A DNA stretch of 64,000 nucleotides from an uncultured virus (IMG/VR IMGVR_UViG_3300021092_000028) (lineage: Duplodnaviria > Heunggongvirae > Uroviricota > Caudoviricetes): the IMG/VR virus record IMGVR_UViG_3300021092_000028, one strand, 5' to 3'. The notes beneath the pieces were generated by a model that worked only from the letters and a program-made list of their open reading frames with translations, ran no database searches and had not been told where the DNA came from. How positions within the stretch are numbered: the first letter of the stretch is position 1; each line of letters starts with the position of its first letter. Below, one piece after another: positions 54,501 to 62,015 of this stretch. The position numbers were made by a program, and so were the translations under genes.

Positions 54501-57410
54501 AGTTACATTTGGACTATTGGATGAATTTAGGACAAACAGATGATAGATACCATCTTGCTTTCCTGGAATATATTTTTGAACTTCTTGTGATCGGTAGATG
54601 TAATAAGTTCCATTATATTTCTTACGTGCAAATCTTGGAAGATCTGCATCACGAGTAGTAGTATCATTCGTGAAAGTTCCTGGATTTGTTTCCAGTGAAT
54701 AATTAAACTCTTTTGTACTTGGAACAGAAGTTACAGTATATGTTCCATTATAACCAGTGGGTGTTACTTTTTCAATCTTAACACGATCACCAACTCTCAG
54801 TCCGTGAGGAAGTTCTGATGTTATCGTGGTAATTCCAGAAGTCCAAGTTGCATTTGCAACGAATTTTGGATTTCTTAGTTCATTTTCATTTGTAAGAGTT
54901 GCTCCAGAAACACTGAAATATGCAGCGTTCTCTGCATCAGTATATCCACTGGAGTTTGTTGATTCTTGAATTACAAATCCATCAATAGGTGGTCTAGCAG
55001 TGGTAATTCCAGATCCTGCTGGAATACAATATCTCAATCTATAAACAGTATCTACTAAGCCTCTATTATCAGTTCTTCTAGTAATATAAGTTCTTGATGT
55101 TGCATCACCAAGATTTGTTGCACCCAATGAACGAATTTGAGAATAGATTCCATTCTCTGTTGATGCAGCAGATACGTTTAGATACCACTGATTTTGTGTT
55201 GTATCATACTGAATTGGGTGGCCAATATCCCCAGATTGTTTATCACTTACTCTACTTATAACTGTTAGAGTTCCCCCTGCAGTGTTGAAGGTTAATGTAG
55301 TTGGTGAACTATTAATTGCATCGTTCAGAGTTTGTGCTACTTTTATTTGTGTTGATCCAATTCCAGTTGCACTTGTAACAGCATAATAAATTCTATTACT
55401 TTCTAAACCATCTGGTAGTTGTCCTGTATTGCTGATGATACGAATAGATTCGCCAGAAATAAATGAGTGGTCTGTTGCAAATCCTAAAGTGTTGTTAGAA
55501 ATATTACCAACAATTAAGCTCTTTTCTGAAGTTGATGTAGAGAATCCTACACCATTATCAGGCATCACAATACGTGATGAGTATTCTGTAGTGACTCCAG
55601 ATTGAGAAACAAGAACCTTTAGAGTATCCCCATACTTTGCACCAATTCGATATCCTTCTACAGAACTTTCTGGTGATATATCCTGATTGGTTTCACCATA
55701 TAAGTACAAACGTGAAGTTGTTGCAGCTCCTGCAGATACTGAAGTAGTTACTCCTACATCAATTGCAGTAAATTCAACACTAACTTCCTCAGTTTCAAGT
55801 TCCTTAGGTGGAACAATATGAGTTACATATCCAACATCATCTCTTGGGAATACATCTTTTCTATATCCCGATGCAACAAGTGACTTAGCACCGAAGTTAG
55901 AGTTAGAGTTTGTAATGGATTGATCTCCACCACCTTCAGCGACAAAGTGACCTGCAAAACCAATTGCAAAGATTGAAACTAACTGAAGAATAGATCCATT
56001 CGAACACTTAATATGATAGTTTTCATAATCAGGTTTGTAAAGTGCTGTAGAATCGGTATTAATATTTGCGTTTGCAGGAACCTCTGCACCTTGATAGATT
56101 CCTGTTGTTGAATTATATTTTACAAATGCGTTTCTATCTTTCTGTAGACCAATACCAGTAAACTGGGCAACAACCATCGATTTGAAACCTGTTGCATTAT
56201 TTCCATCTGCGTGAAGACCGCACATACCATAAACAGATCTCAATGAAATATTGAAGACGTATGGTGATGCAGAAGAAACTGTATCAACAACTAGATTTAC
56301 AAGAGCTCCTGCTGTTGATGGTAGAGCAACTTCTGGTGGATTTGATACTTCGTATTGGAATTGAGTATCACTAACACGATTACTGACTACAAATTGTCCA
56401 TTATAACTTGTTGCTCCAGTTGTTGGAACACCTTCAACACGAATTGGAGTGTCAACATCAAGACCACCAAGTTCTTCTGTAGTTGTAACAGTAATTGTTG
56501 TGGTGGGTGTTACACCATTACCTGCCTTGATGCTACTGATTCCAACTGTTCCTCCAGTTGCTCCAACAATACGATATTCATCAACTTTTGGTTGAATGTC
56601 AATAGCATTTGAAGGATAATCTGGTTGAATTTCTCTTCCAGAAGATGGACCATATACAAGTCCAATCTTTTCATAATACATATCAAGATCAGTACGATCT
56701 GTAGAGTAAGTCTGAAACTCGTCATCAATGTTTACACTATTAATACCATCAGCATACTCAAAGCAAGTGAGTTTATGGTGCGAAAAGTTAGGAATAAATG
56801 TATTAGTAGTGTAGTCCTTATAAATGAAACTATTTGGACTTGCATCAAAAATGGTAAATTGCCACAAGTAGCAAGAACCTGTCAATCTAAAAATTGCAGA
56901 TCTCTCAATATTATCGTTTTCTGGGTTTGGTACGTATTTTGGACGGATCGTGGTTTTTCTTAGATCCATACCAACGATTGATGTACCACGAGGTAAAATT
57001 ACACCCCCGTGAATACTATTCATTTTATAGAGAGCATTATTATCAGTTGTTAAATCAAAGTTTGTACTAAGACCAAATTGAGAAAAATCTGTAGAGGTAG
57101 TGCCGTTTCTCAATCTGAAGTTTGTTACGCCACCAGAGACACCATCAGGTATCCAACCAGGACGGTTATCAATTAAATGCTCTCCAGGATAAACAAGAAT
57201 AGTTGTTTTTCCAAATCTATCATTATCTAAACCTGCCTGCCACGAAAATCTTGCAGACTCAATTAAAGCTCTTTGAATCGTTTTGAACGGTCTTGTTAAA
57301 GAATTTCCTTGATTTTCAATACTGTCAGTAGCATCAAGGTCATTTGGATTAACATAAAGAATATTTCCACGAACATTCTTGATGAAATTATCTAAGCGAC
57401 TGAGTGGCAT
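51510..57410 (-). CDS. large tail fibre/spike protein (1966 aa)
   Basis: ILYVNPND...PFKTIQRAL...GDQSITNSNSNFG beta-helix-type N-terminal part recalled from cyanomyoviruses; fibre repeats at the C-terminus. Confidence 0.82.
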   Translation of the reverse strand: MPLSRLDNFIKNVRGNILYVNPNDLDATDSIENQGNSLTRPFKTIQRALIESARFSWQAGLDNDRFGKTTILVYPGEHLIDNRPGWIPDGVSGGVTNFRLRNGTTSTDFSQFGLSTNFDLTTDNNALYKMNSIHGGVILPRGTSIVGMDLRKTTIRPKYVPNPENDNIERSAIFRLTGSCYLWQFTIFDASPNSFIYKDYTTNTFIPNFSHHKLTCFEYADGINSVNIDDEFQTYSTDRTDLDMYYEKIGLVYGPSSGREIQPDYPSNAIDIQPKVDEYRIVGATGGTVGISSIKAGNGVTPTTTITVTTTEELGGLDVDTPIRVEGVPTTGATSYNGQFVVSNRVSDTQFQYEVSNPPEVALPSTAGALVNLVVDTVSSASPYVFNISLRSVYGMCGLHADGNNATGFKSMVVAQFTGIGLQKDRNAFVKYNSTTGIYQGAEVPANANINTDSTALYKPDYENYHIKCSNGSILQLVSIFAIGFAGHFVAEGGGDQSITNSNSNFGAKSLVASGYRKDVFPRDDVGYVTHIVPPKELETEEVSVEFTAIDVGVTTSVSAGAATTSRLYLYGETNQDISPESSVEGYRIGAKYGDTLKVLVSQSGVTTEYSSRIVMPDNGVGFSTSTSEKSLIVGNISNNTLGFATDHSFISGESIRIISNTGQLPDGLESNRIYYAVTSATGIGSTQIKVAQTLNDAINSSPTTLTFNTAGGTLTVISRVSDKQSGDIGHPIQYDTTQNQWYLNVSAASTENGIYSQIRSLGATNLGDATSRTYITRRTDNRGLVDTVYRLRYCIPAGSGITTARPPIDGFVIQESTNSSGYTDAENAAYFSVSGATLTNENELRNPKFVANATWTSGITTITSELPHGLRVGDRVKIEKVTPTGYNGTYTVTSVPSTKEFNYSLETNPGTFTNDTTTRDADLPRFARKKYNGTYYIYRSQEVQKYIPGKQDGIYHLFVLNSSNSPNVTPFTNLRFSQPIQNFYPQTNRDNPTSDPKPSVSFALPNPIGQVAIDDPQHSITKETLNASLLDSRSGIGITDIVSLSGVGHTIHTDYNHGLNRIIQVGIANSGAGYGNGSAQTFYNAKLVSIGASVTGSDATARVTVNASGNITAVKIMDGGSAYGIGNTLSVVGIATTTGHTVGVVNVTKIYNNIGDTLVIDAIRSKTYDGYNEIYRITDVPIGKPKQIVVESTRSIGAATTLGIGSVVTSNSTAYLSGRSVVVSAFSYNPTTGLGIVTTSDYHGLKVDNKVRLSGASESFYNDDFVVKRVGSSTSFTLNVGINTFAPTISGTLYIHHPGYSSSGGNIDFTNDSGSGRLFTKYAGITTTLASPISDTTTDTISITNIENYDINIGDYLSIDNEIVRVKTTTTGTNPISVFRGVLGTRAAAHGSNSVVRRIKCDPIEFRRNSIIRASGHTFEYVGFGPGNYSTALPDRQDRQITGQEELLAQSTKIDGGINVFTGMNNDGDFYVGNKKVNSATGQEEVFDSPIPTVTGEDLGSTGLNIGFDVLTPLEVSISRSIRVEGGSDQNIISEFDGPVIFNNKITSNSSKGIEANSLFLQGDTKVSRKYTVGNTEPTISGNPGDVVYNSTPVKGGSIGWVYTADNDWYKFGGISLSNTSNVLLVDQLGISTTSPGDCKLRVGSGTTLFCVDANGVGIGTTANQFKLNVVGSARVSGGATITGTLNVGSTLTAGFLVGDGSGITNLNVASSGWSQVASGLGTGIYNTQVSDNVGVGTSRPRFVLEVGAVGTGLTDLYVNNRSIFNGPVTANSGAVVSGMLTSTSFRLDSATGNIRAGIVTTGVGVVNTSFSVGSALTVTSGGRIGLGVASPSELLEVNGRAKFKSYYEGVTALSVASLNVNVNLNDGQTFTLTPSSNINRFTLLNPPSGSNSTSFTISITQGSTPFLVSIDTFFNAFGVQIPVYWASGIVPTVTNIAGARDVYSFTTFDGGATLYGVVGGQNFS

Positions 57411-57450
57411 CTTATTCGCACTTTGAGTTCTATTATGATTTATTTAGACA

Positions 57451-57484
57451 CAAGAAAACCCCCGATTGCTCGGAGGTTTTCAAG
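57451..57484 (-). terminator. intrinsic terminator, followed by a CTAAATA late promoter (57442-57447)
   Basis: Minus strand AAAACCTCCGA-GCAA-TCGGGGGTTTT-CTTG. Confidence 0.85.
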
Positions 57485-57523
57485 TTAGCACTTAGGCAAT
57501 TCCTTCACACGGGCTTGTATATT

Positions 57524-58132
57524 TTACCACTTTTCCTCTTTCCAAGTCAAGCGTTTTTGTAGTTCTTTATCAAATACCATAAGGTATCTATGCTTTCTAC
57601 TTCTATCTCTCCATTCACCTTCAGAACCTTTTACTTTTCCACGAGAGTGTTTAGTTCCGTCTGAATAGTAGAAATCTTTTTTTCTATCCGTGAGACCGTA
57701 GTACTTAAAGTTGCAAGCGCGATAAATTGTACCAGAATGGTGATTTGAATCAGCATAAGAAAGGATTGCTTTAACTTCAGTATCTTTCCGAAGTTGTCTA
57801 ATCGCTCTTGAAACAAACCAAGAAGTGATGTTATATTCCAAAGACTGGATATCAGGTCTGATGCAGAGTCTTGAGAGTTCAAAGAGTCCTTGTTGTTCGT
57901 TTCTTTCAAGACCAAATGCTCCTTTTGCTATTTCTGGAACTGGGAGACCAGTAAAAATGCAGACGCCAACAGACCCACCAATATTAAGGACATCTGTGAA
58001 TGACTTTCTGTAAAGTGAGTAATTATATCCACTCTTGAAATCTTTTGATTCGTCTTTAAGATAATGGTAAGTATAAAGAAGTTCTTTGATTTCTTCTTTA
58101 CTCACTTTATCTAGGTAAAAATCCGATTTCAT
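57524..58132 (-). CDS. Mom-like (GNAT-fold) DNA modification protein
   Basis: HYL, GVCIFTG, FELSRLCI, SWFVSRAIRQL, ILSYAD...HSGTIYRACNF.Y.G, KHRY. Confidence 0.8.
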   Translation of the reverse strand: MKSDFYLDKVSKEEIKELLYTYHYLKDESKDFKSGYNYSLYRKSFTDVLNIGGSVGVCIFTGLPVPEIAKGAFGLERNEQQGLFELSRLCIRPDIQSLEYNITSWFVSRAIRQLRKDTEVKAILSYADSNHHSGTIYRACNFKYYGLTDRKKDFYYSDGTKHSRGKVKGSEGEWRDRSRKHRYLMVFDKELQKRLTWKEEKW

Positions 58133-58142
58133 CTAAGTATTT

Positions 58143-58316
58143 TTACTCAGTTTGTTTGCATTCTAACATATATTCTACAGTGTTTGCAACATCATTCATT
58201 GCATCACGAAGAAATGGTTGTTGACCAGATTCTTGCTTAAGGATAGGACGTGAATCATCAGTAAGAACCCAACGCCACTGCTTCATATCCTTACAATACC
58301 AAAGATTAATTTTCAT
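58143..58316 (-). CDS. conserved hypothetical phage protein
   Basis: MKINLWYCKDMKQWRW...QESGQ...AMNDVANTVEY; start refined. Confidence 0.7.
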   Translation of the reverse strand: MKINLWYCKDMKQWRWVLTDDSRPILKQESGQQPFLRDAMNDVANTVEYMLECKQTE

Positions 58317-58464
58317 TCTTGAAATATTCCAGTCGAATCCAGTTGATAAGTGCGTTGACTTCCATTCGGTCTTCTTCGGACCATTCGAGAGCATCTTTAA
58401 CTCTAGCATAACAGGTAAGTGCATCAATTGCGAGTTGTCTATCTCTTTGTGAAATTAGTGACAT
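58306..58464 (-). CDS. hypothetical protein (52 aa)
   Basis: Manual translation MSLISQRDRQLAIDAL...ALINWIRLE. Confidence 0.6.
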   Translation of the reverse strand: MSLISQRDRQLAIDALTCYARVKDALEWSEEDRMEVNALINWIRLEYFKNEN

Positions 58465-58482
58465 TGGAGTTTATAGAACTCA

Positions 58483-58555
58483 AGCCCCCAGACGGAATTG
58501 AACCGTCCTCTCCGCTTTACAAGAGCGGTACATCGCCACTTAATGCTTTAGAGGC
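58483..58555 (-). tRNA. trnT: tRNA-Thr(UGU)
   Basis: GCCTCTA acceptor, CCGCT-CTTGTAA-AGCGG anticodon arm, GACGG-TTCAATT-CCGTC T arm; CCA not encoded. Confidence 0.93.
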
Positions 58556-58558
58556 AAA

Positions 58559-58828
58559 TTAATCAGCAGGTAACATTTCTGGATTTTCCAGTTCCAACTC
58601 ATATAAGAGTGGATGACATTCTTCAAGCATTAAGTAGTATGATGCTTGATAAAGGTCTTCTGGTTCAAAACGTCTTTCGTTATCTGCTAATTTGATTAAT
58701 TCCAAATCGAATATTGATTCGTCTGGAAGGTCATCAAAAGTAAAAGGAATTGAATTTATAAAGTACATCAGAACTATTTGAGTTCCGCGATTATACCAAA
58801 CGTATCTGGCATCTATTCTGTACTTCAT
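58559..58828 (-). CDS. conserved hypothetical phage protein
   Basis: VLMYFINSIPFTFDDLP...SYYLMLEECHPL; CTAAATA upstream. Confidence 0.75.
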   Translation of the reverse strand: MKYRIDARYVWYNRGTQIVLMYFINSIPFTFDDLPDESIFDLELIKLADNERRFEPEDLYQASYYLMLEECHPLLYELELENPEMLPAD

Positions 58829-58870
58829 AGAATAGTTCCTTACTTTTGTTTATTTAGAGGTAGAACCTCA

Positions 58871-58943
58871 TACCCGTGGGCGGATTCGAACCGCCCCTGG
58901 AGGAGTTTTAAGCTCCCTGTCTCTGCCGCTGGACTACACGGGC
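58871..58943 (-). tRNA. trnL: tRNA-Leu(UAA), short variable loop
   Basis: GCCCGTG acceptor, GGGAG-CTTAAAA-CTCCT anticodon arm, 5-nt variable region, GGCGG-TTCGAAT-CCGCC T arm, A discriminator; CCA not encoded. Confidence 0.9.
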
Positions 58944-58950
58944 AAAAAAC

Positions 58951-59154
58951 TTACACTTCGTAAGTAGTAGGATTATACTTGATAAACTCCCAGAATGTCA
59001 ACTTCATTTCTTTTTGTGACATTCCACAGTGCTTTGCTGCTTTAGGGAGATTCCACTTGGCACAAAAGAGTGCTTCATTTGCCTCTTTTACATTATCTGG
59101 AGTGGTTTTGATTGGTTCCTCTTTGAGGTCTTTGTATGAAATCTTATAAGGCAT
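58951..59154 (-). CDS. small HTH-like hypothetical protein
   Basis: WNLPKAAKHCGMSQKEMKLTFWE. Confidence 0.7.
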   Translation of the reverse strand: MPYKISYKDLKEEPIKTTPDNVKEANEALFCAKWNLPKAAKHCGMSQKEMKLTFWEFIKYNPTTYEV

Positions 59155-59215
59155 ACTTAAAAAAATCTAATAGAGCAATTTTTTGCCGGAAAAATTTTTG
59201 GACCTAAAATGGAAC

Positions 59216-59397
59216 TTAAAGTTGATTTGCGTATGACAGAGAATCTTCATTGACTTGTGAACGAACCACATCAAGAACGTTTATAAACTGATCTACAGTT
59301 TCACAAGTTACAACCTTTTCATTACCAAGACTTGAGTAAAGGTTAAAGGTACGCTTACTGGTATCAACCACGCACCGAGTCAAATACTCATCATTCA
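59216..59397 (-). CDS. conserved hypothetical phage protein
   Basis: MNDEYLTRCVVD...FNLYSS; start refined to lie downstream of the promoter. Confidence 0.65.
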
Positions 59398-59424
59398 TTT
59401 GGGGTGTCTCTTGATTACCCACTT

Positions 59425-59453
59425 ATTATAGGGGAAGACCCTAGGGGTGTCAA
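59425..59453 (-). promoter_or_regulatory. consensus sigma70 promoter driving the tRNA/mom cluster
   Basis: TTGACA-CCCCTAGGGTCTTCCCC-TATAAT (17-nt spacer). Confidence 0.88.
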
Positions 59454-60202
59454 GGGCTAGTCTGAGTGTTGATTCTATCTGCGAACTGTTCACCATTGTA
59501 TTGTGGGTCTGGATAATCCTTCCAACTGTCCCCACGATACTCAACCACAAGAGCATTTACATCCTTTCTTTCAGCATAAACGTGATAAAAACAATCAATT
59601 GGCATTCCTCCATTTGATTGAAGATATATTTTACTATCATCCCATCTTTTTATAATCACATCTTGATGGGATCCAATTGGTTGAAGTTGAACACTAATGC
59701 TTTCGATGTGTACTAAGTCTTTCCAATACCAAGGCAAATCAATCTCGGTTTTATTTCTTACTCTACCTCTAAAATATACTCCAACTTCTGGACCCTCAAT
59801 ACACGCATAACGAAGCCTATGTCCTTCACCATTTGACGGGTGAACCATATCAAAAGGTTTTGGTCTTGAGTCTGCTACATTAAATCTCTCGGATAAATCA
59901 CCAATGTTTGGATGGTTAAAAAATGCATTACCAGAGACATATAGAGGATATTCTCTTCCTCTAGGTCCTTTAATATAAACAGCATGTGGTGCAGAACCAC
60001 AATCATCATTTTCCAAAGGACCAACCATTAAGGTTGCTTCAATACTTGAATAAGAACCATCATTACCAATCTGAACTGGTCCTTGAAGATATGCAGCACC
60101 ATCTACCCTCTGCTCACCTCTACCAAGAGCTTCTGGTTTTGATGTTGTGTTTGTAACAAATAATTGACCATGAATTAATTCAACATCACTTGATGATGAC
60201 AT
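59450..60202 (-). CDS. baseplate/spike-associated structural protein
   Basis: KPFDMVHP...RLRYACIEGPE.GVYFRG...LPWYWKDLV...YAERKD domain; follows the gp5 cluster. Confidence 0.65.
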   Translation of the reverse strand: MSSSSDVELIHGQLFVTNTTSKPEALGRGEQRVDGAAYLQGPVQIGNDGSYSSIEATLMVGPLENDDCGSAPHAVYIKGPRGREYPLYVSGNAFFNHPNIGDLSERFNVADSRPKPFDMVHPSNGEGHRLRYACIEGPEVGVYFRGRVRNKTEIDLPWYWKDLVHIESISVQLQPIGSHQDVIIKRWDDSKIYLQSNGGMPIDCFYHVYAERKDVNALVVEYRGDSWKDYPDPQYNGEQFADRINTQTSP

Positions 60203-60212
60203 AAATTACTCC

Positions 60213-60806
60213 TTATTTTGAACTTGGTTTTACTGATGCTAGACCTCTTGGATTAATTGCGAATCCTGGTTTTTTAAGTGCGCTCGCGGCACTTAATTTT
60301 TGAAAAGATCCTGCGGTCATTTTCATAATGTTTTCCGCTGTGGTATTTATTTCTCCAGATGAAAAGATACTGCAAGTTTCGGTAGCATCAATATTGATTC
60401 TCTTTGCTTTTAATTTAATCTCTTCATCTGCGTCTAGGTTAATATATCCATTACTGTTGTCACTTCCTCTTGCAATTAACTGAATGTTCTCAGCATTGAC
60501 TTTAAAAGTTCCTTTCGTAAGAATTTCAATGTTTCCTTTCGAAAGTCCATTACCGCCCGCAGAACTGATATAAATTCCAACATCACCTGGTTGAATATTA
60601 TCTCCAGCAATTACTTGATAACGTCCTCTACATCTTGACCAAATCCATCCTTCTCTAGGACTTGTCTGATCAATCGTAATAAATTCAAGACCTCCTTGAC
60701 CTTGAAGCATAATGGATGATTTGGCCTGATCCTTATGGATGTGACCAAATCTTAGATTTCCATCCTTTGTTCTTACGTCTTTAATTTCTTTATTGACTGA
60801 TTTCAT
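60213..60806 (-). CDS. gp5 C-terminal beta-helix-like spike protein
   Basis: Alternating I.L.A...I.. repeats; adjacent to gp5-like genes. Confidence 0.6.
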   Translation of the reverse strand: MKSVNKEIKDVRTKDGNLRFGHIHKDQAKSSIMLQGQGGLEFITIDQTSPREGWIWSRCRGRYQVIAGDNIQPGDVGIYISSAGGNGLSKGNIEILTKGTFKVNAENIQLIARGSDNSNGYINLDADEEIKLKAKRINIDATETCSIFSSGEINTTAENIMKMTAGSFQKLSAASALKKPGFAINPRGLASVKPSSK

Positions 60807-62005
60807 TAAAATACCTTACCTACACAATCAATGACTTGAACAACCGCTGCTCCTTCAGGAACAGAGAATGGTTTATAAAGTTGACCTTCAACAGTTGCTG
60901 CTGTTGTTGGAAGTGGTTTTGCAGGAACAACTTGCTCTTCAATAGGAAGCGTTGGATCAACTCTAGTGACTTTAAAGATAGTTGTAAATGTAGCATTAAA
61001 TCCAGTTGGAGAATCTGTGCGAATATCTGGAAGATCTTCATACCCACAACCACCTGTGAGGATATTTATTCTTTCAATTTGCCCTCTCTCATTAATCACA
61101 GGTTCTGCTACTGTACCATTGTTTGGTGTAATAATAAGTTTGTCTCCAGGACGATATCCAAATCCTCCATCCAGAACAACAATCTCTTCAATACACAAAA
61201 TTACTGGATATTGGGGTCCAAATACTTCTGGTCTTGGTGTTGGTACAGGAACTAATGGTTGAGTAATAACTTCATCTTCTTCCAATTCTCTAGGAGGACC
61301 ATCAGGAGGATAATATTTGTCACCCTTTTTTACCAAAATTGGTCTATCAATTTGAACAACGTAATACTTTCCGTCTGCGGTTGTTACAAAACCTTCATCG
61401 GGATCTTTCCATACTCTTTCATTACCCCCTAAACTTCCATCAGGAGATGGCAAATAACCATCTCCTGGAGCAGTAATTGTAATATTTTTTATCTGTTTTC
61501 CAAGTCTATCAATTCCATCTCCCGCTTTAGGTCTATTGTTACCAGTTTCTGGTTCCATATTGACTATTAACTTTCCACCAGATCCTTTACCACAACCATC
61601 CATTAGTTCAGCAAATGGAACGTTTTGATATCCATAACCAGGATTTACAATATCGAAACCAATTACTGATGATGAGATGGGACTTATGACAGCATTTGCC
61701 ATTGCTCCCCATCCATCTCCACCAAAAAATTGAACTAATGGTGGTCCACAAAACTGAGGATCGGTGGGGCAAGATGGTGCTGTTGGAAGAGTATCTTCTG
61801 GAATTAACCTTTCAACTTCTTGAAACGTTAATACACTCTCAACTCCATCACCATTTTGAAAATAGAATTTTCTTGTTGGGTCAGCTTGATGAACTTTACG
61901 AGCATCATCAACGGTTAATCCATTAATTCTTTTGCCTTCACTATCAACAAAGGCTACTTTGATTACATTTTTTGGTAGAATACCTGAGAAAAACTTAGAT
62001 TTCAT
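60806..62005 (-). CDS. baseplate hub-associated protein (C-terminal part of cyanophage-type gp5)
   Basis: CGPPLVQFFGG.G.GA, repeated I...G.GY...P motifs, ends QVIDCVG. Confidence 0.65.
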   Translation of the reverse strand: MKSKFFSGILPKNVIKVAFVDSEGKRINGLTVDDARKVHQADPTRKFYFQNGDGVESVLTFQEVERLIPEDTLPTAPSCPTDPQFCGPPLVQFFGGDGWGAMANAVISPISSSVIGFDIVNPGYGYQNVPFAELMDGCGKGSGGKLIVNMEPETGNNRPKAGDGIDRLGKQIKNITITAPGDGYLPSPDGSLGGNERVWKDPDEGFVTTADGKYYVVQIDRPILVKKGDKYYPPDGPPRELEEDEVITQPLVPVPTPRPEVFGPQYPVILCIEEIVVLDGGFGYRPGDKLIITPNNGTVAEPVINERGQIERINILTGGCGYEDLPDIRTDSPTGFNATFTTIFKVTRVDPTLPIEEQVVPAKPLPTTAATVEGQLYKPFSVPEGAAVVQVIDCVGKVF

Positions 62006-62015
62006 AATTCATACC

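Noticed and set aside
15460..57410. Invertase-driven shufflon for tail fibres
   Set aside because: All cassettes are co-oriented with their own starts. I found no inverted crossover sites and no recombinase in the window.
57485..57523. Small RNA between the Mom-like gene and its terminator
   Set aside because: Only about 40 nt, and I could not support a fold or family by eye.
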